A DNA stretch of 64,000 nucleotides from Pseudomonadota bacterium (GTDB lineage Bacteria; UBA10199; 2-02-FULL-44-16; JAAZCA01). Under the pieces are notes generated by a model. That model ran no database searches. It was not told the DNA's origin and saw nothing but the letters and a program-made list of their open reading frames with translations. The position numbers and the translations under genes were made by a program. Location: the NCBI GenBank assembly GCA_043798915.1, contig JAZDOG010000089.1:33158-97157 (forward strand), in the 5' to 3' direction. This document shows positions 32,201 through 40,391 of the stretch, one piece after another (position 1 is the stretch's first letter; each line of letters begins with the position of its first letter).

Positions 32201-33864
32201 ATCACGACCTTGCGCGAAGTCTTCCTGTCCCACAGCTCATTTATCTTCGCCTGTCCCCTGGCAATCATCTCCCCCCAATTTTTCTTATCATCCGCATTCC
32301 CGGTCTTCTCATTCAACTTGGCCGCATCGTTGAATGCAGCGAGGGCCGCATCCTTGTCGCCCTCTTTCCCTGTCCCCTGAAAGACCGCTTTGAGAACAGT
32401 GGCCTTCAAGAAATGGGCGTGTGCCTTGACGGACTCCGAATCCCCTTCCTCGATATGGCCCAGATAAGCCTCAACGAATTTGCGGGCCTGCTCCAGCTCC
32501 AGGTTTACCTTGCCGGCATCCTGCGCGGCTTGAATCGCACCATCCTCAAAAATCTTCGCCGTCTTGAAATATTTCTCGATCTTCCCATCGATGTCCTTCA
32601 GCATCCTGGAGCGGACATCCGAACGTTTTTGCTTCGCAGCCAAAACCTGCTGGAACTCTTCGTCATTCTGTGTCTGCATGTCTCTGAGTCTATTATAAGC
32701 GTCATCAAGGACGGCAAAAACGGTGCTCATCGCATCCAGGTGGCGGGGATCGATCGCGAGCGCCTTCGCCTTTCTCTCCTGCTCCGCAATCATCTTATCG
32801 ACCGCACCCAGCTCTTCCTTGAGCTTTTTCGCCGCCGCCTTGTCTATCTTCGGGGGTTTTGCAGCAGGCGGTTTGGCCGCAGCCGCATCTTTCTGCGGCG
32901 TCTCTGGTTTCTGGACAGCGTCGTCCTTGAACTTCCTGGTTCCGAAACTGGCTTCAAAACTGAATTTGGCCGGACCGGCTTGATCCAGCTTCTCCGCGGT
33001 CCTCTCATTAGGAACCCCGCGCGGTGCAAACTTTGAGAGGAGAATCGGGTCCTTCTCGACTATGAAACGAGAGGCATCGGGATTATCTATTCTTACCTGA
33101 TCCAGGTATTTTTTGAGACCCCTGTCGCTCAAGTCGGCTGCGATGATCACCACCTTGTTAGCAGATTTGATGCTCTCCTCAATCTCGTCGGGCCCGATCA
33201 CAGGTATTCCGTACATTTTTTTTGCAGGCTTTGCGGCGGGCGGCTTTTCTGCGGCTGCCGCCTTGTCCGCCTTCTGAGGAGCCTCGGGCTCCTTGTCAGC
33301 ATCGTCCCTGAACTTCATGCTTCCGGAAATGAGTTCAAAACTGAATACGGACGGACCGGCCTGATCCAGCTTGTCCGCGGCCCTCTCCTGCGGAACACCG
33401 CGCTGCGCAAGCTTCGAAAGAAGACTCGAATCCTTTTCGACTATGAAGAGACAGGCTTCGGAATTGTCTTTTTTTACCTTATCCAGATTTTTTTTGAGGC
33501 CCTTGTCGCTCAAATCGGCCGCGACGATCACCACCTTGTCGGCGGAATCGATGCTCTTTTGAAGCTCGTCGGCCCCGATCACGGGTATTCCGTACAGGTT
33601 CTTTATCTTTGTTCTTGCCTTTGTCGGAACCTGGCATGCTCCAAAGAGTTTGATGATCGAGGGAAGCTGGCTGGCAAACTCGCCCTTTGTGGAAAACGAC
33701 CTGTTAAACTTTCCATCGCAGGACTCGAATTCAAATTTTCCGCCCGATTTCGTGTCGTGCTCAAACTTCTCCATCTGCTCCTCGCAATAGGAGCGTTTGT
33801 CCTCGTCGGCCGGACTGGAGTAAGTCTTTTTGCAGACATCGAAGGGGCCGCTTCCACCTGTCAT
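29287..33864 (-). CDS. Very large (about 1525-aa) multidomain protein of unknown function. N-terminal 4-Cys region, two tandem about 125-aa duplicated modules, coiled coil, three alpha/beta (thioredoxin-like?) modules, about 110-aa Pro/Ala-rich linker, alpha-helical TPR-like C-terminal domain.
   Basis: Single uninterrupted ORF. Start moved to MTGGSGPFD (RBS GGAGGAG 6 nt upstream); the listed GTG start is spurious. Duplicated module YGIPVIG.DE...KVVI.AADLSD.GLKK seen twice. Low-complexity linker PAPPAPPPTKPSVAPAPP... Confidence 0.7.
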   Translation of the reverse strand: MTGGSGPFDVCKKTYSSPADEDKRSYCEEQMEKFEHDTKSGGKFEFESCDGKFNRSFSTKGEFASQLPSIIKLFGACQVPTKARTKIKNLYGIPVIGADELQKSIDSADKVVIVAADLSDKGLKKNLDKVKKDNSEACLFIVEKDSSLLSKLAQRGVPQERAADKLDQAGPSVFSFELISGSMKFRDDADKEPEAPQKADKAAAAEKPPAAKPAKKMYGIPVIGPDEIEESIKSANKVVIIAADLSDRGLKKYLDQVRIDNPDASRFIVEKDPILLSKFAPRGVPNERTAEKLDQAGPAKFSFEASFGTRKFKDDAVQKPETPQKDAAAAKPPAAKPPKIDKAAAKKLKEELGAVDKMIAEQERKAKALAIDPRHLDAMSTVFAVLDDAYNRLRDMQTQNDEEFQQVLAAKQKRSDVRSRMLKDIDGKIEKYFKTAKIFEDGAIQAAQDAGKVNLELEQARKFVEAYLGHIEEGDSESVKAHAHFLKATVLKAVFQGTGKEGDKDAALAAFNDAAKLNEKTGNADDKKNWGEMIARGQAKINELWDRKTSRKVVMFTDIKSAGDLERYILKSSGNVLVVIEEEDRDKEAKNQKIMAKLDDRLINKKDIGGKLDVEAIYVPLKLKGKLADLPHVQLSGRAFLICTGSAGNRHCEDFDIREALVSHSEVPDAEFPPAGPTAPALKPEQAFKPGVVELTLDNYKNEWKSSVTVFVTGAFFREEDFVKLVNNTEPTKDKAGNRGMIAVVDISSKRGRQIANRLGILMPQPTAKYAKIQFEGDIKDGRFVGIEAPIEVPDVDVEELIKKHGETTDENGFCYIDYRHFGAHFGPGAGDAFVIVGDPTDTQAGDLTYRLYSEGRDLQIKRRYFFIPHMPERHDGATLQSLRRGFLRKLGIEPREIESKKAKYHIYKVAQHGGRWKAQTYKPVGFVEVANSEAAGAIYNTDERVIVFVAPTEGAGKEKTSELRRRLVALEDKQVENGKPLVPLVFVDSVNWPGVNRGGAEVPDQPKIYLFSGPKGATRQMVDVNIAKLLGLAPQDKTEPRSPVPAAGTPSPKPTAPAAPPAPPPTKPSVAPAPPAAATPALRPTVPVAPPAKNAPVAQLPHVAPPPPPKPPAPVPAPVVPKPPPPPLTEAERNEKAKKEVLEEVRASLDGVKKAVHARNYKSVIDCIKSAKGLVIRYGGLQPSDEQKKWANERDREIDEARDKALKTFTDEAKVTFKRFSSDAKKSKSIAEQERLISTLEGIIRIASELEMKDKKKEAEAKLLAARADLGWSYTSQSDDDKEKEIKALEEFRGLHPDFIQSSACQGRLYFAMGVGYYDKATASYQKFFRDMESPSFSATASTIRAKAPSFVASAHYYLARSFEEEARLNDLRDIKIRDIKSALEEYGKITLEELRGPADRNRRGEVKGAIKRLTGELGKLSQWSKGDSAVIFQRLRDELKKEFSYCYERFLKRNPDFAATGSLKYTVDPSGDVGCKVGEGTEGDSKEFGERLCQIARRKKLPRGLVKKSEVSDDISFTFQPAR

Positions 33865-34011
33865 GACCTGCTCCTCCAAAAGGGCGTACGGACATCCCCC
33901 CACTTTATTATCGGCAGATTTCCAATAATGTTGCGTCCTTTTGGCTGAAAAATGAACCGATAGCCATCGTCAGCAACGGCTTACGCTAAAATAGACATGA
34001 ATATCAATTAA

Positions 34012-34800
34012 TTATATCGATTTCTTGATACGTTGGATGAACATTGCCTTGCCGCTTTTCTCATCTATTTCGATCACAACCCCTTCCAATCTCACGCCTC
34101 CCTCGGCTACTTTGAACTTTCGCTTGTCGCCGGTGAGGAAGCGATGCAGGGCAATATCCTTGTCCAGGCCGATGACCGAGGCGTGAGGGCCGGTCATCCC
34201 AAGATCGGAGATATAGGCGGTCCCGCCGGGCATGATCTCCTCGTCGGCTGTCTGGACATGCGTGTGCGTGCCGACGAAGGCCGCGACGCGGCCGTCCAGA
34301 TACCAGGCCAGCGCGCGCTTCTCGCTCGTGGCCTCGGCGTGAAAATCGACGAATATCGCGTCGCAGAGCTTCGAAAGCTTAGGGATGAGGGCGTCCATCG
34401 CGACGAAGGGACTCTCCGCCTTTTTGCCCTTCTCATCCATGTAGACGATCCCCTGGATGGAGACGACCCCGATGCGCGCCCCGCCGCGGGCGGCGAAGAC
34501 GCACCAGCCCTTTCCGGGCAGCGACTCGTGGACGTTTTGGGGACGGAGTATCGGATGCGTGTCGAAATATGGATGGAGTTCGTCGTGCTCCCAGATGTGG
34601 TTGCCGGCCGTGAGGACATCGATCGGCCCCTCGAGTATCTCATCAGCGATCTTCGGCGTGAGCCCCCTGCCCCCTGCGGCGTTCTCGGCATTCACCACGA
34701 CGAAGTCGATGCCCATCTCTCGGACGATGCCGGGCAGAAGCTCGCGGAGCGCCTGCCTCCCGGGCTTTCCAAATATGTCTCCAATCGCCAATAACTTCAT
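34012..34800 (-). CDS. ymdB: YmdB-family metallophosphoesterase (TIGR00282; 2',3'-cyclic-nucleotide phosphodiesterase).
   Basis: MKLLAIGDIFGKPGR... with 'VVVNAENAAGG' and 'GNHIWE' metallophosphatase motifs. Follows rny, as in Bacillus. Confidence 0.85.
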   Translation of the reverse strand: MKLLAIGDIFGKPGRQALRELLPGIVREMGIDFVVVNAENAAGGRGLTPKIADEILEGPIDVLTAGNHIWEHDELHPYFDTHPILRPQNVHESLPGKGWCVFAARGGARIGVVSIQGIVYMDEKGKKAESPFVAMDALIPKLSKLCDAIFVDFHAEATSEKRALAWYLDGRVAAFVGTHTHVQTADEEIMPGGTAYISDLGMTGPHASVIGLDKDIALHRFLTGDKRKFKVAEGGVRLEGVVIEIDEKSGKAMFIQRIKKSI

Positions 34801-34805
34801 CGAGT

Positions 34806-36374
34806 CTACTTTGCGTATTCTGTGGCCCTGGTCTCGCGGATCACGGTGACCTTGATCTGGCCTGGGTAGGTCATCTCCTGCTCGATCTTCTTTGCGATGT
34901 CCTTTGAGAGGACGGTCGCCTCCGCGTCGTTCACCTGATCGTTGACGACCATGACCCTGATCTCGCGGCCGGCCTGAATGGCGTAGGCCTTCTCGACGCC
35001 CTTGAATGATGTCGATATGCGCTCTAACTCCTCAAGCCTCTTGACGTACGCCTCGAGCACCTCCCTGCGCGCGCCGGGGCGGGCGCCGGAGAGGGCGTCG
35101 GCAGCGTCGACGACGAGGTCGAGCGGAGAGGTCTGTTCGAGATCCTCGTGGTGCGCGCCGATCGCATGGCATATCTCCGGATCCTCCCGGTACTTCTTCG
35201 CATACTCCATGCCGATGAGCGCGTGGCTCCCCTCCACCTCGTGGCTCACCGCTTTTCCGATGTCGTGCAGGAGCCCCGCGCGCCGGGCCTTGTTCTCGTC
35301 GATCCCAAGCTCGGCGGCCATCATGCCAGCGAGATACGCGACGTCCCGCGTGTGCTCCAGGACGTTCTGCGCAAAACTGTATCGATACTTGAGCGAGCCC
35401 AGGAGCTTCACGAGCTCCGGGTGGACGTTCGGGACATTGAGTTCCAGGCACAGCTGCTCGCCGGCTTCCTTTATGGAGCCCTCGACCTCTTTGGTCACCT
35501 TGGCGACCATCTCCTCGATGCGCGTCGGGTGTATTCGGCCGTCGGCTATCAGGTTCTGGAGGGTGATCCTGGCCACCTCGCGCCTCACCGGATTGAAACC
35601 GGAGAGGATCACCGCCTCTGGCGTGTCGTCGATCACGAAGTCTATGCCGGTGGCGGCCTCAAGCGCGCGGATGTTTCTGCCCTCGCGGCCGATGATCCTG
35701 CCCTTCATCTCCTCGCCCGGCAGCTGCACGACGGAGATCGCCCGCTCGGACGAATAGTCTGAGGCCATACGCTCCATGGCTGTCGAGATGATGAGCCTCG
35801 CCTTCTTGGAGGCATCCTCCTTAGCCCTCTCCTCAATCTCCAGGATCTCGCGCGCCGCGTCCTTCTTGGCATCCTCGACGATCGACTCGCGGAGCTGGCG
35901 CCTGGCCTCCTCCGCAGAGATGCCGGCCACCTGCTCCAGCTGGCGGCGGACATCCGCGACCATATCCATGAATTTTTTCTCCAGGCCCTCGGCGTGCTTC
36001 TTCCGGTCGACGATGGACTGCTCCTCCTTGTGGAGCTCCTCCTCTTTCTTCTCGACCAGGTTGAACTTCTTCTCGAGGTTGTCCTCCTTGGCCTGGAGGC
36101 GCTTTTCCATCTGCTGCAGCTCGCGCGTCTTCTCCTGCGATTCCTTTTCGAACTCGGCCTTGGCCTTGAGCTGGACGTCCTTGGCCTCCAGCTCCGCCTC
36201 CTTCCTGATGGAGCGCGCCTGCTGCTCGGCATCCTTGAGGATCGATGCCGCCTTGCCCTCCGCCTCTTCCGTCTTCTTCTTCGCGATCTGCTTGCGTATC
36301 GCAACGCCCACGCCCAGACCGACACCGAGGGCCACGACGATAAATATGATTGCCTGCCATAGCTGCAGTAGCAT
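34806..36374 (-). CDS. rny: Ribonuclease Y (N-terminal TM, coiled coil, KH, HD domain).
   Basis: N-terminal TM helix, Lys/Glu-rich coiled coil, KH motif '[15 protein letters not shown]', HD motif 'LLHDIGK'. Confidence 0.9.
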   Translation of the reverse strand: MLLQLWQAIIFIVVALGVGLGVGVAIRKQIAKKKTEEAEGKAASILKDAEQQARSIRKEAELEAKDVQLKAKAEFEKESQEKTRELQQMEKRLQAKEDNLEKKFNLVEKKEEELHKEEQSIVDRKKHAEGLEKKFMDMVADVRRQLEQVAGISAEEARRQLRESIVEDAKKDAAREILEIEERAKEDASKKARLIISTAMERMASDYSSERAISVVQLPGEEMKGRIIGREGRNIRALEAATGIDFVIDDTPEAVILSGFNPVRREVARITLQNLIADGRIHPTRIEEMVAKVTKEVEGSIKEAGEQLCLELNVPNVHPELVKLLGSLKYRYSFAQNVLEHTRDVAYLAGMMAAELGIDENKARRAGLLHDIGKAVSHEVEGSHALIGMEYAKKYREDPEICHAIGAHHEDLEQTSPLDLVVDAADALSGARPGARREVLEAYVKRLEELERISTSFKGVEKAYAIQAGREIRVMVVNDQVNDAEATVLSKDIAKKIEQEMTYPGQIKVTVIRETRATEYAK

Positions 36375-36427
36375 TTAACACCTCCTATATAATCAAGGCA
36401 CCCGCAGGTGCTCGTGTGAGAACAAGA

Positions 36428-37072
36428 TCAGCACTTGATGAGCCGCTTCTCGGTCACTATCCAGTCGAGCTTTCTCCCTCGCACGGCCGTGGGGAGATCG
36501 GGGACGACCTGAAAATCATAGGCGAGCGCGATGCGCTTGCCGCGGAACCCCGCAAGGCACTTGTCGTAAAAACCCTGGCCGAACCCCATTCGCCCGCCAT
36601 GCAGGTCGAAGGCGACGCCGGGGACGATGAGGACGTTCAACGTGTTCAATTCTCGCAACCTGCTCTGCTTTGCTGAGGGTTCCCTCATGCCGACCTCTGT
36701 GAGGCGCAGGTCCTCGAGCTTCATGACGCGGAAAAAGGCAAGGCCGCCGGCCTCTGCATCGACCGCAGGGTAGTATATCTCCTTACGATTCTTGTCCCCC
36801 TCCTGGAAGAGAAGCTCGGTGCGGATTTCATTCTTGAAGGCCGCATAGAGGCCGACCCGCAGGGCCGTTCGAAACTCGCCCATCTGCAGCACGCGGTGCC
36901 CTATTGCATCGCTCGCCTGCTCCACCTCCTCGATCTTCAGTTCATCGCGGGCGGACATCATCCGGTTGTAGAGTTGAAGCTTGGACTGGCTCGACATGGC
37001 TCCATCCTCCTCAATGAATTTCAGGAAGACACCTTTAAGCCACTCGAACTGTGGATGGAAACAACCGAACAA
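36428..37072 (-). CDS. ygfA: 5-formyltetrahydrofolate cyclo-ligase (YgfA/MTHFS). The true start may be MSSQSK at about 36997.
   Basis: Family motifs 'LIVPGVAFD..G.R.G.G.GFYD' are present. Confidence 0.8.
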   Translation of the reverse strand: MFGCFHPQFEWLKGVFLKFIEEDGAMSSQSKLQLYNRMMSARDELKIEEVEQASDAIGHRVLQMGEFRTALRVGLYAAFKNEIRTELLFQEGDKNRKEIYYPAVDAEAGGLAFFRVMKLEDLRLTEVGMREPSAKQSRLRELNTLNVLIVPGVAFDLHGGRMGFGQGFYDKCLAGFRGKRIALAYDFQVVPDLPTAVRGRKLDWIVTEKRLIKC

Positions 37073-37083
37073 CCAGAAAAAAG

Positions 37084-37289
37084 GACAAGATATGAAGGTG
37101 GATGCGCCCTGTCACTCCCACTGACACGTCAGCCGGAAAATTGCGCCTGTAGCCGCACCCGCCTCAATGAAACCCCTTAAACTGCGCTGAAAAGCCAACG
37201 CATAATTGCTCATACATGAGTCCTGCCTGGGAGTTCCTGCCCTCGCCCGCCGCCTTCTTTCAAGCAGGCAAGGCATCTTGTCCATTCTT
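37084..37289 (-). ncRNA. ssrS: Candidate 6S RNA (ssrS): about 206-nt element closed by a perfect 9-bp terminal stem GGACAAGAU / AUCUUGUCC. Strand assigned by synteny.
   Basis: Conserved gene order zapA - ssrS - ygfA (5-FCL) is known from E. coli and many bacteria. About 690 bp with no convincing ORF lies between zapA and the 5-FCL gene. A terminal closing stem was seen in the sequence. Confidence 0.3.
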
Positions 37290-37764
37290 CGATCATCCAT
37301 CAGTTCAAGCGCCGCTTCAAAATCGCAAAGCCTATAACGCATCCCTTTTAACAGTTCAACTGTGAATTCTTGCCCCTGTATCGCGGGCTGTTCAAAAGGG
37401 CCCAGATGCGAGGCGTCCGACCGAGGCCGGCCGAGTCGTACTTGGATGTACGTCGCAGGCCGCGCCGAGGGAGGAGAACGAAGCAGATGGGCCCTTTTCA
37501 ACAGCCCGCCCCTAAAAAAATCCCCCCGCTTGGGCCGTTTGGTGTCACCATTTTTGAACCCGACTCAATCAGGTGGGTGATCGTATTGCTGCTTTAGGCT
37601 TCCCCACCCCGTCAAAAAGGCCGCACCGCCGGCCTTTCAGAAAGGGCGGGGCATGCACACCACAGCAAGGGACAATCCCCAAAATGGCAATGTCGGTTCT
37701 AAAATTACGACACCGAGGTCGCACCCAGCAGGGGGAAACCCTTGTCCTATGTGAAAGAGCAAAA

Positions 37765-38043
37765 CTACAATTGTATATCAATTAGTTCTATTAAATCCTT
37801 CACCCTTTTCTCAACAGCCGCGAACTTGGCTCCGCGATCACGCTTAAACCTTAAAAACTCATCCGCTATGTTCATCGCCGCAAGTATCGCTACGTTCAAA
37901 GACGCAACCGACTTCGTATTCTGGATGACCTCGTCTATTTTCTGATCGACGTACTTCGCAACCTCGCCGACATAATCGTCATCCGAATCACTCTTGACCA
38001 TGAACTTCTGGCCCATGATCGATATTTCCGTCGTTTTCTTCAC
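37765..38043 (-). CDS. zapA: Cell division protein ZapA.
   Basis: 92 aa; 'ISIMGQKFMVKSD' ZapA N-terminal motif and a coiled-coil C-terminus. Confidence 0.8.
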   Translation of the reverse strand: MKKTTEISIMGQKFMVKSDSDDDYVGEVAKYVDQKIDEVIQNTKSVASLNVAILAAMNIADEFLRFKRDRGAKFAAVEKRVKDLIELIDIQL

Positions 38044-38192
38044 GCCCCTCCCTTTCCCGCTAAGTTAATGATATGAGTTAGACTGTGGAGAGTCAAGATA
38101 ATTAACCGCTCGGACCACTCCGATTTTTATTGAAAAACAGCTGGTTCCAACGATATCCGGGAATCCTGTTCAGGAATATATAAAGTGATTCT

Positions 38193-40226
38193 TTATACAG
38201 GCAGAAAGAGGATTTCCCGGGCTGGAATATCGACCTCGCTCACCTCGATGAGGACCCGATCGCCGATCTTGAACGCCCTCTTCTTCTTCTGGCCGCGGAT
38301 CAGCATCCCGGCCTCCTCAAAACGGTAGCGATCATCGGAGAGCGCCTCGATGCGGACGAGCCCTTCCACGAAGAAGTCGATGAGTTCGACAAAAAATCCG
38401 AATTTGGTGAGATGCGAGACCACCCCTTCGAACTTGTCGCCCACATGCGCCTGCATGAACATCGTCGCATAAAGTTTGGCCATCTCGCGCTCTGCGTCCA
38501 TGGCGATGCGCTCGCGGCGTGAGCAATGCCCCGAAATTTCCTCCAGAGGCCGCTTCTGCGCGTCTTTGCTGCCGCGCACCTGCGCTTCGACGTTCAAGGC
38601 GCGCGTGAGGAGGCGGTGGACGACGAGGTCAGGATAGCGCCTGATCGGCGAGGTGAAGTGACAATAGCACCTGGAGACCAAGCCGTAGTGGCCCTTGTTC
38701 TCTGCACTGTAGACGGCCCGCGACATCGACCTCAGGAGCATGTGGTTGACGAGCCTCTCCTCGGGCGTCCCCCGCACCTTCTCCACCACCTCCGCCAAGC
38801 TTTGGGGCGGTGCATCCGCATCGAACCGGAATTTGTAACCAAGGTTGTGGAGGAGGATCGAAAACTCGCGCAGGCGGTCCGGCGGCGGCGGCTCGTGGAT
38901 GCGGTAGATGCATCCGGCGCGCCTCTTGGTCAGAAACTCGGCCACCGCCTCGTTAGCCGCTATCATGAATTCCTCGATCATCATGTGGCTCACATAACGC
39001 TGGGCGCGCACGATGTCGGAAACGTCACCCTGCATGTCTATGACGATCTCGGGTTCGGGGAGATCGAAGTCGATCGAGCCGCACCGCAGCCGCTTGGCGC
39101 GCATGCGCTTATAGCATTCCTCCATCAGCTCGAACGCGGGGAGGAGCTTGCGGTAGCGGTCGCAGGTCGGAGCGTCGCGATCCACGAGTATCTTCTTCAC
39201 CGCCGTGTAGGTCATCCTCTCCCTGCTCTGGATGACGCTCCGGCAGAAGCTCGTCCGGACGGTGTTGCCCTGCCCGTCGATATCCATCTCCGCGGTCATG
39301 GTGAGCCGGTCCTCGTCAGGCTTCAAGCTGCAGAGGATGTTAGAAAGCTGCTCGGGGAGCATCGGGAGACAGTCGCCGGGGAAATAGACTGATGTGCCGC
39401 GTTCGTAGGCCGCCCCATCGAGCGCCGTCTGCGGCCGAACGAAATGGGATACATCGGCGATCGAGACCCAGAGGCGAATGAGCCCGCCTTCGATGCGCTC
39501 GACAGCCACCGCGTCGTCGAAGTCCTTGGCGCTCTCGCCGTCTATCGTGACAAACGGCACGTCGCGGAGGTCGCGGCGCGAAGCGATCTCCCCCTCGTCC
39601 ATGAGCCTGAATGCGGCATCCGCATCCTTGAGCACGGCCGGCGGAAAACCGCGGCTCAACTGGTGCCTGGTCATCACGGCGGATTTCTCCGTTGCATCAT
39701 CGCCGCGCTGCCCAAGTATCTCGACGACCTCCCCAACCATCTGAGCCGAACCCGAGGGATAGCTCAGAATCCGGACCACAACGTTGTCGCCTGCTTTCGC
39801 GCCACCGCGCTTCTCCTGTGGAACTACGATCCGGTGACGGACGCGCTGGTCATCGGTGATCACCTGCAGGCCGGAACCCGACCTCTCGAGCCTCCCCATG
39901 AGGCGCATCACTCGGCGCTCCACAACGCGGACGATCCGTCCTTCGACCTTTCCGCCACGCCCCGGCGCCGTGCGCACCTCGACCAGGTCGCCGCCCAACG
40001 CGTCGCCCATAAACCTTGCGGGCACGAAGACATCGTCTTCGCCCGCGCGCGCGGAGATAACGAAACCGTAGCCGTCGCGGTGGAGGCGAAGATCTCCCGC
40101 GCGAAGCGCCGACTCGCCGCCGCCCTTTTGCGGCGCAGCCTTCGCCTGGGTGCGCTCCTTCTTGCCTGGCCTTCCAGCGCGCCTGACAATGCCGCCACTC
40201 CCCTTTTGTCTCCCGCGTCCTCTCAT
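38193..40226 (-). CDS. rnr: Ribonuclease R (RNase II family 3'-5' exoribonuclease: cold-shock/OB, RNB, S1).
   Basis: RNB catalytic motifs 'FTIDGESAKDFDDAV' and 'HYGL...YCHFTSPIRRYPDL'. C-terminal S1 domain and basic tail. Confidence 0.9.
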   Translation of the reverse strand: MRGRGRQKGSGGIVRRAGRPGKKERTQAKAAPQKGGGESALRAGDLRLHRDGYGFVISARAGEDDVFVPARFMGDALGGDLVEVRTAPGRGGKVEGRIVRVVERRVMRLMGRLERSGSGLQVITDDQRVRHRIVVPQEKRGGAKAGDNVVVRILSYPSGSAQMVGEVVEILGQRGDDATEKSAVMTRHQLSRGFPPAVLKDADAAFRLMDEGEIASRRDLRDVPFVTIDGESAKDFDDAVAVERIEGGLIRLWVSIADVSHFVRPQTALDGAAYERGTSVYFPGDCLPMLPEQLSNILCSLKPDEDRLTMTAEMDIDGQGNTVRTSFCRSVIQSRERMTYTAVKKILVDRDAPTCDRYRKLLPAFELMEECYKRMRAKRLRCGSIDFDLPEPEIVIDMQGDVSDIVRAQRYVSHMMIEEFMIAANEAVAEFLTKRRAGCIYRIHEPPPPDRLREFSILLHNLGYKFRFDADAPPQSLAEVVEKVRGTPEERLVNHMLLRSMSRAVYSAENKGHYGLVSRCYCHFTSPIRRYPDLVVHRLLTRALNVEAQVRGSKDAQKRPLEEISGHCSRRERIAMDAEREMAKLYATMFMQAHVGDKFEGVVSHLTKFGFFVELIDFFVEGLVRIEALSDDRYRFEEAGMLIRGQKKKRAFKIGDRVLIEVSEVDIPAREILFLPV

Positions 40227-40391
40227 AGGGCTGGAGAATAACTTTGTTATGGAAAGATTACAAGAAAGGAAAAGATGGAAGCTTCGCCCTTCGGCCGCAT
40301 TTAGTGCTCTGAAGCGGTCTTCCTGCGATTAGAGCTTGACCCTGGTCGGGCTCAACGTTATACGAACCTTATCTTATCGGAGGGCGCTATC

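Noticed and set aside
33865-33903. Listed GTG start giving an N-terminal 'MGGC' (which looks like a eukaryotic myristoylation/palmitoylation motif) on the giant protein
   Set aside because: A strong GGAGGAG RBS precedes the in-frame ATG 13 codons downstream (MTGGSGPFD). The GTG extension is most likely an ORF-caller artefact.
37180-37203. Plus-strand match to the E. coli 6S RNA sequence CCUUAAA(A)CUGCG, suggesting the ncRNA is on the plus strand
   Set aside because: A 12-nt similarity with one indel is weak evidence across phyla. Synteny argues for the minus strand. Kept as an open ambiguity rather than a call.
38044-38192. Imperfect 11-bp stem (CCCGGGAAATCCT / AGGATTCCCGG) between the rnr stop and the zapA start
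   Set aside because: Probably the rnr terminator or a zapA leader structure. Too weak and generic to call a specific element.
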